In this document: in pieces, positions 30,063 through 40,070 of the stretch | How the letters are laid out: the number at the start of each line of letters is the position of its first letter | How positions within the stretch are numbered: the stretch's first letter is position 1 | Assembly: GCA_049969675.1 (NCBI GenBank) | Contig: JBMFOP010000011.1 | Location: forward strand, 1 to 42,661 | Direction: 5' to 3' | Length of the DNA: 42,661 bases | Source of the DNA: Myxococcota bacterium | GTDB lineage: Bacteria; Myxococcota; SpSt-1050 | Notes under the pieces: model-generated | Databases searched by the model: none | What the model was told of the DNA's origin: nothing | The model's input: the letters and a program-made list of their open reading frames with translations, nothing else | Translations under genes and position numbers: made by a program

Positions 30063-31838
30063 ATGAAGCGTTATATAAAAAGTATATCTATGTTGACTTC
30101 ATTGATTGTCATCTCTCTTCTTCTCTCCTGCTCAGATGAGGAAGGGTCATCAGGGTTAAATGTGAAGCCATATTTTGGAGTTATAGAGAGATATGCCTGC
30201 GATATAAATAATCCCCCGAAATATGGGGAGGCTCCATGCGATATTGACTCATTTAGGCTCTGTGCGTATTCAGAGAAGTTGAATTCAATAATCTGCAATG
30301 AATATTCAGTAGACGAAGGTAAGAGTGGTGCACAATTAAAGCTTCCAGAGGCTGAAGACTTCAGAATCTTTTTTCAGGGCTTCAACAAAGAAAAACCAGA
30401 TCTGATGTTGTGGTGTGGGGCAACAGATAGGATAAGTCTTAAGAAGGGAGAGAAGAAGGATATCTCTGTATTCATTGGCAGATGCTCTGACTTTGTATTT
30501 ACAAGAAATAAGATGAATTCTAAGAGAGCGTTTCATACCTCTACCCTTCTTAAGGATGGGAGAGTGTTGATAGCAGGTGGTATTTCTTCAGTATCTTCTA
30601 ATTCCTGTGATCCAAATTGTGATGGGAGGAATTGCAAACCATATTGTAGAATTGCAGAGGCGATCTCTGATGTGGAGATATATGACTTTAGAACTGGAGA
30701 ATTCAAAAAGGTAGGTAAATTAAATATTCCAAGGGCATTACATACAGCCACTTTATTGGAGGATGGTAGGGTAATCATTGCCGGTGGCTCAAAGAGTGTA
30801 AGGTTATATCTTACACCAGATAAAAATAAGCCATTTGTTATGCCAGATTCTATGGATGAGGCATCAATAACTATTGAGGTATTTGATCCGACTACAAATT
30901 CATTTAAGAAGATTCAATCTGAAGTGAGCAGGGCGATGCACACCGCCTATCTTGCGCCCAGTGGTAAGATATATGCCTTTGGCGGAATTAGTAATAATAG
31001 TGGAGATTTTGAGAGTAGGATTGCGGAGATAGATCCATCGAGAGGCTTTGTGGATACAAAAATCTCGCTTACAATAGGGAGAATTATGCCATCTATTGTG
31101 GATTTCTCAACCGTGGATTCAACTTCAACTGCTGCTGCTCTGGTCGGCGGGGCAGTGATTGATGAGGAGAATGATAAAGGGAATTCATTTGATATAATCT
31201 CCTTTGCGGACGCAACGCCTTCTGTTAAAGAGCACAGGTACTCAGTAAAAGATGGATATATACTTTCTTCTTTTGGTCTAAATGCCCTCCCTGTGGACAA
31301 TGGGAAGTTTCTACTATGTGGTGGCCTTTTTATGAAAGATATAAAGATAGGTTTTGCTGGTAGTGATATAGAAGTGGTCGCTAATAACCCTCTGGACTAT
31401 GCATATTATTTTGACATAAACAACAATAATGTTTCTAATCCCGAACGAAATAATAATATGCTCTCAAGAAGGGTGCTATATCAGATGATATATATGCACT
31501 CAAAAAATCCCAGAATCCTCATAACTGGTGGATTTGAAGCGGCAAATCCGGAGTATGCCTCTGATGATAGTTTTCTACCTTATGTACCGGGTAGAGATGT
31601 AGAATTATTTCTTGTACACTCTGAACTCTTTGATTCAATCCATCCAGCCGGGATAGTTAATCCCGCAAATCCAGTTGTTAGAATGAATGAGGCCCGTGCC
31701 GGTCATACAATCCAGATGCTTCCAGACCAGACAATACTCGTTGTTGGAGGATTTTCTTCTCCAAATACAATCTCGGATACCGCTGAGGTCTTTCAGCCAT
31801 ATTCAACAGATAAAGATGTTTCATTGCTTGTTTATTGA
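30063..31838 (+). CDS. Kelch-repeat beta-propeller lipoprotein
   Basis: Lipobox LLLSC; repeats RAFHTSTLLKDGRVLIAGG, RALHTATLLEDGRVIIAGG, RAMHTAYLAPSGKIYAFGG, RAGHTIQMLPDQTILVVGG; ATG 30063 follows GAGGTG. Confidence 0.88.
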   Translation: MKRYIKSISMLTSLIVISLLLSCSDEEGSSGLNVKPYFGVIERYACDINNPPKYGEAPCDIDSFRLCAYSEKLNSIICNEYSVDEGKSGAQLKLPEAEDFRIFFQGFNKEKPDLMLWCGATDRISLKKGEKKDISVFIGRCSDFVFTRNKMNSKRAFHTSTLLKDGRVLIAGGISSVSSNSCDPNCDGRNCKPYCRIAEAISDVEIYDFRTGEFKKVGKLNIPRALHTATLLEDGRVIIAGGSKSVRLYLTPDKNKPFVMPDSMDEASITIEVFDPTTNSFKKIQSEVSRAMHTAYLAPSGKIYAFGGISNNSGDFESRIAEIDPSRGFVDTKISLTIGRIMPSIVDFSTVDSTSTAAALVGGAVIDEENDKGNSFDIISFADATPSVKEHRYSVKDGYILSSFGLNALPVDNGKFLLCGGLFMKDIKIGFAGSDIEVVANNPLDYAYYFDINNNNVSNPERNNNMLSRRVLYQMIYMHSKNPRILITGGFEAANPEYASDDSFLPYVPGRDVELFLVHSELFDSIHPAGIVNPANPVVRMNEARAGHTIQMLPDQTILVVGGFSSPNTISDTAEVFQPYSTDKDVSLLVY

Positions 31839-31856
31839 TTGTAAGAGTAAAAGTAT

Positions 31857-32495
31857 ATGAAGTATAAGATACTTACTGTTGGGCCGCTTGAGACAAACTG
31901 TTATATATTATATACTGATGGTCCAGAATGCGTTGTGGTGGACCCGGGTTTTGAGGCCGAATTAATTAAAGATACTCTATCAGAGATAAAGAAGAGTCCA
32001 AAATATGCCCTTCTAACTCATACACATTTTGACCATACAGGTGCATTAAGGGAACTAAAAGATGAATTTAAGGATATGAAGATTCTCCTGCATCCGATGG
32101 AGAGAGATATGCTCACCGGTCAATCAGGCTTTGCCCGATTTTTTGGTATAAAGATTAAAGAGCCACCTCCTCCCGATGGATTGATAGATGAAGGTGATAA
32201 AATCGCCTTTTCAGATGAAAGTCTGGAAGTCCTTTATACACCCGGCCATTCTTTGGGTTCAATCTCTTTTCTCAACAGGGCTGATAGATTTGTTCTGGTG
32301 GGAGATTTGCTATTTGAGGGTTCTATCGGAAGGACAGATTTCCCCGGAGGTTCATTTGAAGAGATAAAGAGGAGTATTCAGAAGAAAATCTATACATTGC
32401 CTGATGACTTTCTTGTACTTCCCGGACATGGCAATATTACAAAAGTAGGTGCTGAAAAGAGAACCAATCCTTTTGTGAGGGGAGAAAATATTTGA
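31857..32495 (+). CDS. MBL-fold metallo-hydrolase (glyoxalase II/YcbL-like)
   Basis: GPLETNCY, THTHFDH (HxHxDH), TPGHS, GDLLF, SIGRTDFPGG, PGHG. Confidence 0.93.
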   Translation: MKYKILTVGPLETNCYILYTDGPECVVVDPGFEAELIKDTLSEIKKSPKYALLTHTHFDHTGALRELKDEFKDMKILLHPMERDMLTGQSGFARFFGIKIKEPPPPDGLIDEGDKIAFSDESLEVLYTPGHSLGSISFLNRADRFVLVGDLLFEGSIGRTDFPGGSFEEIKRSIQKKIYTLPDDFLVLPGHGNITKVGAEKRTNPFVRGENI

Positions 32496-32974
32496 TTCCT
32501 GCTCTTGTAATTCTCCTTTTTTTGGCAGCACTATTTTTTATCTTTGTCCCTGTTCTTCCACCCGGGCTATTTATATTCGCAGCCTACCTTATTTATGCTT
32601 ACCATACAGATTTTGTAGTTTTTAATAGTCTGGTTCTGATGGTAGTAGGGTTCTTCTGTATATTGTCACTCTTCATAGATAATATTATGACCTTCATTGG
32701 TGCAAGGGTCTTTAAGGCATCTCGCCTCTCAATTTTAGGTATGCTGATAGGAATGGTCTCTGGATTTATAGTTGGTGGGCCAATCGGTCTGTTAATTGGT
32801 GTATTTCTCGGTTCATTTTTGGGTGAATTTGTAAATTCAATGTTGATTGGCAGGTCCTTTATTGTGGCAATGGGCTCACTCGCTGGATATTTTGCAGGGG
32901 TTTTTCTGAAGTTCATTCTTATTGGTGGCCTCATATTCTATTTTATACTCAAAGTATTGATTTTAAAAAGGTAG
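32492..32974 (+). CDS. DUF456 (YqgC-like) membrane protein
   Basis: Very hydrophobic and Gly-rich: VPVLPPG, GARVFKASR, GLLIGVFLGSFLGE; TTGA overlap with the upstream gene. Confidence 0.75.
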   Translation: MIPALVILLFLAALFFIFVPVLPPGLFIFAAYLIYAYHTDFVVFNSLVLMVVGFFCILSLFIDNIMTFIGARVFKASRLSILGMLIGMVSGFIVGGPIGLLIGVFLGSFLGEFVNSMLIGRSFIVAMGSLAGYFAGVFLKFILIGGLIFYFILKVLILKR

Positions 32975-32982
32975 GTGGTAAG

Positions 32983-35286
32983 ATGAAAAATGTTGGCATT
33001 GGTTTGTTTGTCATTATCTTATCTCTCGCCTGTTCAGAGGAGAGAGTAATTTATAATGGAGATGTTGCTGCAAGAGATGTTTATAACTCTCAAGATGCTG
33101 GAAGTGAACTCCCGACGGATGCAAATATTGAAGAGAGACTCATTGAATATGTTAATCCTTTTATTGGAACTGGTGGTATAGGTTTTGGTGTAGGTTCTAT
33201 GGCACCCGGTGCAGGTGCACCCTTTTCAATGATGAAGTTATCACCTGACACCGCAATGACAAATGGAGCGGTCCCATTCTATCACTGCGCAGGGTATTAT
33301 TATGAGGATGAATACATAGTTGGCTTCTCTCATAATCATCTCATAGGTGTTGGTGTTACTGATCTGGGAAATATACTCTTTATGCCAATAACAGAATTCT
33401 CAGATGAGATGGTAAGCTGGGTGAGGTATCGTGCGCCACTTGACCATTCTCTTGAAAGTGCCTCGCCCGGATATTACTCTGTCTACCTCAAAGATAGAGA
33501 CATAAATGTGGGCCTCACTGTAAGAAGTAGAAGTGGCATTCACAGGTATGAATATAAAGGAAGTAAAGATATATATGGGTTGGTTGTGGATCTTGACGCC
33601 GCTAGTGGTTTTATGAGAGTGGAGGATGAGGAGATTGTGATTGACTCTGAAAATAATGTATTTTATGGCTCTGTAAAGTCCATGGGGCAATTTTCAGATA
33701 GATATGGTGGCATAAAAGTATACTTCTATGCGGTGCCAGATAAAAGAATCTCAGAATATAAGTTGTATAAAAATAGAAAATATATAGAAGGTAATTCAGC
33801 AAAGGGTAACGATATAGCGGCACTCCTGACTTTCAAGGACGCAAAGGTCTTAAATATCAGAGTGGGCATCTCTTATGTAGATATAGATGGTGCAAGAAGG
33901 AATCTTCAGAGTGAGATTCCGGATTTTAATTTTGATGTATATAAGAATAAAACAGAGGGAGATTGGGAATCTATCTTATCTTTTGTAAAAATCAAGACAG
34001 ATAATAAGAGGGACAAAAGGATATTTTATACGGCTCTCTATCACCTCTTTCAGATACCTACCCTGTTTACTGATGTAGACAGAAGATACAGAGGGTTTGA
34101 TAATCAGATTCATATTGCTGAGGACTTTACTTACTATTCAGATTTCTCCCTCTGGGATACATATCGCACCTTTCATCCTTTAATTTCATTATTATTCCCT
34201 CAGATTCAGAGAGATATGAATACATCACTGATTAAGATGTATGAGCAGGGCGGTTATCTGCCCCGATGGCCAATGGGAATCGGTGATTCAGGCTCAATGG
34301 TTGGTGAGAGTGCAAATATTGTATTCGCTGATTCTTTGCTCAGAGGTGTTGATGGATGGGATGTAAATAAGGCTTATGAGGCGATGCTGAAGACCGCTGA
34401 TAAACCAAAGGACCCAGATTCATATTATGGTGGCAGGGATTCAATTGAGGAGTATATCTCGCTTGGATATGTACCAGCGGATAAGAGCAGTGGTTCGGTG
34501 TCCAAGACTCAGGAATATACCTATGATGATTATGCAATAGCAATAGTTGCAAAGTATCTGAATAAAGAGGAGGATTATAATAGATTTGCTGCACGTTCAA
34601 AGTTTTATAAAAATCTCTTTAAATCGGATATAAAGTTCTTTGTTGCAAAAAATTCTGATGGGAGCTTTATCTCTGACTTTATTCCCACATCTCAGTCACA
34701 ATATTATGTAGAGGGGAATGCCTATCAATATAGATTCTTCGTTCCATACGATTCAGCAGGGTTATCTGACCTGTTTGGTGGCAGGGATGCACTATTTGAA
34801 TCATTAAATGAACTGTTTAATAATTCTGTTGAAGAGTTTAAATCTGAGCCAACCACTCTTCTTCCACGAAAATACTACTGGCACAGCAATGAGCCCTGCA
34901 TACTCGTCCCGTTTATATTCTGTGACCTTGGAGATTGCAACAGTACCAACAGATGGAACAGATGGATATTTAAGGTCTCATATAAAGATGCCCCTGATGG
35001 ATTGCCCGGCAATGATGATGGAGGGACGATGTCTGCGTGGTATATTATGAGCTCGCTCGGGATTATGACTTTACCAGTAAAGGATTATTATCTGATTGGT
35101 ACACCGTTATTTGAGGAGAGTGAAATTAGAGTAAGGGATAAGATAATAAAAATAAAGACCAAAAATTATTCACGAGATAAATATAGTGTCAGACAGGTAA
35201 GATTCAACGGCAATCCAGTTCAGGATTTTAGAATCAGTCATTCAGAGTTGATAAAAGGCGGAGATATTGAAATAGAATTTGAATAA
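32983..35286 (+). CDS. GH92 family alpha-mannosidase, lipoprotein
   Basis: Lipobox LSLAC; YVNPFIGTGG, LSPDT, SLWDTYRT, VSKTQEY, YVEGNAYQY, HSNEP, LPGNDDGGTMSAWY. Confidence 0.93.
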   Translation: MKNVGIGLFVIILSLACSEERVIYNGDVAARDVYNSQDAGSELPTDANIEERLIEYVNPFIGTGGIGFGVGSMAPGAGAPFSMMKLSPDTAMTNGAVPFYHCAGYYYEDEYIVGFSHNHLIGVGVTDLGNILFMPITEFSDEMVSWVRYRAPLDHSLESASPGYYSVYLKDRDINVGLTVRSRSGIHRYEYKGSKDIYGLVVDLDAASGFMRVEDEEIVIDSENNVFYGSVKSMGQFSDRYGGIKVYFYAVPDKRISEYKLYKNRKYIEGNSAKGNDIAALLTFKDAKVLNIRVGISYVDIDGARRNLQSEIPDFNFDVYKNKTEGDWESILSFVKIKTDNKRDKRIFYTALYHLFQIPTLFTDVDRRYRGFDNQIHIAEDFTYYSDFSLWDTYRTFHPLISLLFPQIQRDMNTSLIKMYEQGGYLPRWPMGIGDSGSMVGESANIVFADSLLRGVDGWDVNKAYEAMLKTADKPKDPDSYYGGRDSIEEYISLGYVPADKSSGSVSKTQEYTYDDYAIAIVAKYLNKEEDYNRFAARSKFYKNLFKSDIKFFVAKNSDGSFISDFIPTSQSQYYVEGNAYQYRFFVPYDSAGLSDLFGGRDALFESLNELFNNSVEEFKSEPTTLLPRKYYWHSNEPCILVPFIFCDLGDCNSTNRWNRWIFKVSYKDAPDGLPGNDDGGTMSAWYIMSSLGIMTLPVKDYYLIGTPLFEESEIRVRDKIIKIKTKNYSRDKYSVRQVRFNGNPVQDFRISHSELIKGGDIEIEFE

Positions 35287-35399
35287 TGCTCCCCAATCTG
35301 GTTTTATGCCCTGTTGAGGTTTTTGTGGGGAAATTATTGTGAAATCTGTGGTTTTTCTCCGTCTATTTATTGAAATGACAGAAAAGGCAAAAATAGTAA

Positions 35400-35428
35400 T
35401 TGAAAATTATTATCTGTTGGGATAATAT
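35400..35428 (+). promoter_or_regulatory. Putative promoter of the 35441-41309 operon
   Basis: TTGAAA, 17 nt, TAATAT, then 12 nt to ATG; no Shine-Dalgarno. Confidence 0.4.
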
Positions 35429-35440
35429 TACGCCAGTCTT

Positions 35441-37795
35441 ATGATGAAAAAATATCTTAAAATTTTCCTTATAACACTTCTCTTGAGTTGTTCTGCTATT
35501 GGTGATAAGCCAGAGGAATTCAGAGAAGAACCGAAAAATCCCGAGTATTATAGCCTGCTCGGTCACTTCATATATCTCTCAGATTCAGATCAACTCTCAG
35601 GGTTGTCTGATGCGGTAAGGATTCTTATGAAGACAAATCAACTGAGAGATCTGGTGGACTCACTTGATATTGCAATAAAGAGCGTAGGAGGGCCAAATCT
35701 CAAGAGAATAATTAGAGAGGTAATAATGGACCCATCAGTGATGGAGTTTTTTAAATCCGAAGGTCCTATCTCTAAGTTGCTTGAATATCCGGATATAGAT
35801 AAGAGTCTGGATATATTACATATCTTAAACAGGAATGGGGCTGTGCATAACGGACTTATACCGCTATTGAAGGTGGCTTATGATTCCCCGCTTTTGACTG
35901 ACTTTTACGATGCTGTATCCTTTCTTCTGGATAAGGGATATATTCAGGACGCAATAGGTATAATAGCTGGCATGACAGAGGAGAAGGTTGAACTTAAGCA
36001 ATCTCAGGGCACAAAGAAGGTTCCAGCCACCGTTCCGCTGAATGTGGCGCTTACATATATACTCCAAAAAGATGCTGTAGAGGGGATGGTGGTAAATACC
36101 GTTGATTTACTTCGTTATGACTCTATAAAGAATCTGGTTGCCATTCTTGGTGTTGAATTGAAAGAGATGAGTAACGAGGAGGAGAGGACAAAGGGGATCT
36201 TTCAGAAATTGGGTGAGGTGGTAGGCGGTATCAACAGAAGCCATATTGAGGCATTGAGAAAACTGGTGAAGAACTTTCTTATCCAGAGTATCAATATAAA
36301 GGAGAAAGATGGAAATGTCTCACAGATCAATATGTTGGATAAATTGTATTCAATAATTGGGACAGATGGAAAGAATGGTACAGCAATTATAAACTTCTTG
36401 AGGTCTTTAGGGCGGGAGGAGATTAATAAAATAGGGCCCGAACTTGCAGTTTTCTTTGAGAAACACTGCAATGATGGCGTCCCTGATTCAGAGGTTACCG
36501 AGCAGAACTACTCCTGCTTTATGCAGATGATAAGGATGGTCAATTCAACATATCAGAAAGAGACGGTCTTAGATGAAGAGTCCAGAAAGCTCGGTGCGGA
36601 GATCCTTGGACCTGTGTGCACAAAGTATTTAAAGGAGGGTGACCCACTATTTCAGGACCTCTATAAAGGTTATCCAAAGATTCCAGTCTTTCCAAAGAAT
36701 ACAGCGGTCTCATATCACTTTGAACTCGCAAAGAGGACACCTGAGCAGGCATCTGGATTTACATCTTATATAAATTGCCTTTTGCACAATAAACTTGGGG
36801 ATATCCCTATGTATGAGAAGCTTGGATTTAGTTGGGATATAGATGTAGAGGGGTTTGCAGCTCTTGATGCCATTGGCAGATCTGGTTTTTTCAATGTTTA
36901 TGTGGGGCTCTTGAATGTATTGGATAACCTTCCAGAGAATGGCTCACGAGTCAGGGAGATGGCTGATATTGTTGCGATGATGTGGGGAACGGATGGGCAG
37001 GAGATAAACCCTCTATTTGATATATTGAGTAAGGCGTTTAATTATCCTGATAAAAATTCGTCGCTCATTACCGAGATTACCGAGATTATAAATGACCTGC
37101 TCTATCTTAAATACAGCTTTGATGAGAAGGAGAAGTTTGCGGCTGAAAATATTGTAAATGCACTTGTGGACCTGTTAAATCCAGAGATAGATATTAAAAG
37201 TAATGTGCTTGTATATTATTACAACTCTCTTACACCGGATATAGATGAGAGTATAGAGACACTTATTCCAGCACTAAAAAATATCCTTATAAAACCAAAG
37301 TATCGTGCATATAAACTCGTATCGCTTTTAGGTGCGGCTCTCACCCGTGCAGATGGGGGAGTTACATTCATTGACTATATTGACAGGAGATCAACACACT
37401 ATAGACCACGGTTTACTGAAGAGGCCTCTGAACTCTACAGACTTGCACTTCCATCTCTCAGGATTCTATCCCGATATTTTTCAGAATATGACGGCGATGG
37501 TGAACTGATGAATCTTATGGGATTTGCTATATCCTGTGGAGCGGTCAACGATGCATTAAATGTGCTTGCCCGCTCACATAGATATGACCCCGAATATATA
37601 TTTCTGGATTTCTTAAAGAGGTTCAACGAAAAGAACGGGATTGCAATTATTGCAGATATGATAGATGCACTTCAGCAGTATGGTATTGCAGACGCGACAA
37701 TTGATGTAATAAAAGTTCTCTTCAGGTATGATGCGGTCAGGGAATTAATCTTATTTTTATATTATTATCTTCCACAGATAGACCTTGGAGATTGA
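35441..37795 (+). CDS. Large hypothetical lipoprotein (784 aa), predicted mostly alpha-helical
   Basis: Lipobox LLLSC; Leu/Ile/Asp-rich amphipathic periodicity; no recognised catalytic motif. Confidence 0.75.
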   Translation: MMKKYLKIFLITLLLSCSAIGDKPEEFREEPKNPEYYSLLGHFIYLSDSDQLSGLSDAVRILMKTNQLRDLVDSLDIAIKSVGGPNLKRIIREVIMDPSVMEFFKSEGPISKLLEYPDIDKSLDILHILNRNGAVHNGLIPLLKVAYDSPLLTDFYDAVSFLLDKGYIQDAIGIIAGMTEEKVELKQSQGTKKVPATVPLNVALTYILQKDAVEGMVVNTVDLLRYDSIKNLVAILGVELKEMSNEEERTKGIFQKLGEVVGGINRSHIEALRKLVKNFLIQSINIKEKDGNVSQINMLDKLYSIIGTDGKNGTAIINFLRSLGREEINKIGPELAVFFEKHCNDGVPDSEVTEQNYSCFMQMIRMVNSTYQKETVLDEESRKLGAEILGPVCTKYLKEGDPLFQDLYKGYPKIPVFPKNTAVSYHFELAKRTPEQASGFTSYINCLLHNKLGDIPMYEKLGFSWDIDVEGFAALDAIGRSGFFNVYVGLLNVLDNLPENGSRVREMADIVAMMWGTDGQEINPLFDILSKAFNYPDKNSSLITEITEIINDLLYLKYSFDEKEKFAAENIVNALVDLLNPEIDIKSNVLVYYYNSLTPDIDESIETLIPALKNILIKPKYRAYKLVSLLGAALTRADGGVTFIDYIDRRSTHYRPRFTEEASELYRLALPSLRILSRYFSEYDGDGELMNLMGFAISCGAVNDALNVLARSHRYDPEYIFLDFLKRFNEKNGIAIIADMIDALQQYGIADATIDVIKVLFRYDAVRELILFLYYYLPQIDLGD

Positions 37796-37801
37796 AGTCT
37801 T

Positions 37802-39049
37802 ATGAGAAAGATAATTTTTACTATTTTGTTGCTCTTCTCTCCAAATCTTTATGCAAGTTATGATTTCATTATGGGGACAGGTGCTATCTCTCAGGGATAT
37901 GCAGGGAGTGGAGCAGCGGATGGCGGGGAGCCATCTCTAATATTTCTCAATCCCTCAAGGATTACCGCAGATGAATCAACAAGATTGAGTCTCGGTTTCG
38001 CATTAGGGCATAAAAATTTGAAGGTAAACAATGAACCTTTTGAAAGGGGTGATTTTACAATAATTGATGGAGGTTTTATTATTCCATTTTCTGGGAAACT
38101 GAAGGGACTCTTTTTCGGACTATCGGCTACATTCCCTCAGCCTTCTATAATGTATCTGTACTCGCAGGACCCTTCATATCCACAATTTTTGAATTATCGC
38201 AATCTTGCGCGGTACTCTATAAAGCCAGGCCTTGCCTATAAAATATTAGGGAGATTCTCAATAGGCTTTGCACTTGACATCTTTGGTGACTCATACGGAA
38301 AGGCTAAGGTTACTATTGACCTCGCGAATCAAAAGACCACACAGAGTGATTTTATAATGGACCAGCGATTTACTTATACACCTATTATCGGTTGCTCATA
38401 CGATTTTTCTGAAAAGTTTGCAGCATCTCTATCCTATCGCTTTGAGAATAGTTTGAGACTCAAGATTGATACAAATTTTGATATGCAACTCCTAAATATG
38501 AATGTGATTGAAGATGGAGTAAGTTTCTTCAACCCTGCAGAGATTCTCTTTGGTATAATGACAAAGCCAGTTAATCACTTAAAGTTATTAATTGACATTG
38601 GTTATATCTTCTACTCAGATATGCCTTTGCAATATGTAATTATCAATATTGAGCCCAATGTCCTATTTCCCTCCGTTAAGAATGTTGAGAAGAGAGACAT
38701 CTCGGCAAAGGATATATTGAGAGTGAAAATCGGGATTGGATATAAAGTATTGAATGATAAGATTGAGTTGAGGGCTGGTTATCAGTACTTCCCGACACCG
38801 ATACCAGACCAGATATATAATACGAATATTCTGGACAGTGATAGACATATTTTGGCATTTGGTAGTGGGATACATCTTCTTGATCCAATAGGACTTCTTG
38901 AAAAGGGGTTTGATCTGAACATCTACTTTAAGTATCATTACCTGATTGGGAGGAGTTTTAATAAGGTAAATCCACTGGACGAGTATGGAGATTATTCAAT
39001 AGGAGGGAATCTCATTGAAGGTGGGTTTGGAATATCTTTTTCTTTATAG
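37802..39049 (+). CDS. FadL/OmpP1/TodX-type outer-membrane beta-barrel transporter
   Basis: Signal peptide; hatch-like GTGAISQGYAGSGAA...LIFLNPS; alternating beta strands; LRAGYQYFPTPIP, LDSDRH; terminal strand GFGISFSL. Confidence 0.82.
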   Translation: MRKIIFTILLLFSPNLYASYDFIMGTGAISQGYAGSGAADGGEPSLIFLNPSRITADESTRLSLGFALGHKNLKVNNEPFERGDFTIIDGGFIIPFSGKLKGLFFGLSATFPQPSIMYLYSQDPSYPQFLNYRNLARYSIKPGLAYKILGRFSIGFALDIFGDSYGKAKVTIDLANQKTTQSDFIMDQRFTYTPIIGCSYDFSEKFAASLSYRFENSLRLKIDTNFDMQLLNMNVIEDGVSFFNPAEILFGIMTKPVNHLKLLIDIGYIFYSDMPLQYVIINIEPNVLFPSVKNVEKRDISAKDILRVKIGIGYKVLNDKIELRAGYQYFPTPIPDQIYNTNILDSDRHILAFGSGIHLLDPIGLLEKGFDLNIYFKYHYLIGRSFNKVNPLDEYGDYSIGGNLIEGGFGISFSL

Positions 39050-39062
39050 TGAGGGTTGAGAT

Positions 39063-40055
39063 ATGAATAGGAGAATCTTTATTCTTGCACTCCCTCTTTT
39101 AATATGTTCGTGTGAGGGGGAATCAACATTTCCACTGGCCCCCCGTGATATTACGGTAGGTCCGCTCTACTCATATATAAATAACCCTGTAATTAAGGCC
39201 GGGGAGAAGGATAACGATTTTGATAATCAATCAATCTCTTCACCATCCGTGGTAGAGGCGGGGAAGAAATTGATAATGTATTTTACTGCAATAAATAAGG
39301 ATGGGATATACTCTATCGGGAGGGCAGAGTCAGATGATGGTATTGTATGGATAAAGAATGAGAATCCTGTAATAGTAGCGGATACGGATAATTTCTCAGA
39401 GAAGGTTGTAAAAGAGCCCTCTGCTATATATGATGGGCAGAAGATTACTCTCTTCTTTGTCTCTATAACAAAGGAGAATAGATATCGTATTATGATTGCC
39501 TCATCAGATGATGGGCTCAACTTCTCTCGTTCTGATAAGGAACTAATTACAATTCCCTATAGTGACCTCAAATTGGATAAGATTGCAGAGCCGTCTGTGA
39601 CCTTTAAAGACAATGGTCTTGTTATGTATTACACAGCAATGGACGAGGAGAATAGGGCTTATATATTCGTTGCAAAGGCGACACTTGAGAATCCGCTCTC
39701 CTTTATATCAGAGAGCCGCTCCCCGATATTTGTTCCACAGACGGGTAATACAAATGCCTTTGACCAGTATGCTGTTATGTCGGCATCTGTATTATCAATC
39801 AAATCAGCAAATAATCGTACCCTTTACAGGATGTATTACTGTGGAAGCGCTGTTGAGACGGGTGCATATCATATAGGCCTTGCAGGCTCATTTGATGGAG
39901 AAAACTTTGAGAGATATGCTTACAATCCCATACTGCACTACGGAAGGAGCCCTTCTGCAATTCTCTTCAACAACAATCTATTTGTATTTTATAACGAACT
40001 TCCTGAAGGTGAATCAAAGGGTATATCAGTTGCCACCACTATAAAGATTAAATAA
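39063..40055 (+). CDS. Five-bladed beta-propeller lipoprotein (GH43/GH32/GH130-like fold)
   Basis: Lipobox LICSC; five blade starts SPSVV/EPSAI/EPSVT/SASVL/SPSAI; IGRAESDDGIVW, IASSDDGLNF, GLAGSFDGENF; NPVI/NPIL. Confidence 0.75.
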   Translation: MNRRIFILALPLLICSCEGESTFPLAPRDITVGPLYSYINNPVIKAGEKDNDFDNQSISSPSVVEAGKKLIMYFTAINKDGIYSIGRAESDDGIVWIKNENPVIVADTDNFSEKVVKEPSAIYDGQKITLFFVSITKENRYRIMIASSDDGLNFSRSDKELITIPYSDLKLDKIAEPSVTFKDNGLVMYYTAMDEENRAYIFVAKATLENPLSFISESRSPIFVPQTGNTNAFDQYAVMSASVLSIKSANNRTLYRMYYCGSAVETGAYHIGLAGSFDGENFERYAYNPILHYGRSPSAILFNNNLFVFYNELPEGESKGISVATTIKIK

Positions 40056-40070
40056 TTCTTTAAGAGGGGA

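Noticed and set aside
24767..35424. 12-mer TCTGTTGGGATA shared by the murA upstream region (minus) and 35413-35424
   Set aside because: One shared 12-mer among a few kb of AT-rich intergenic DNA is plausible by chance, and its spacing to -35 boxes differs.
35378..35425. c-di-GMP-I riboswitch-like GGCAAA...GAAA hairpin
   Set aside because: No GACGCAAAG element or second stem; better explained as an AT-rich promoter.
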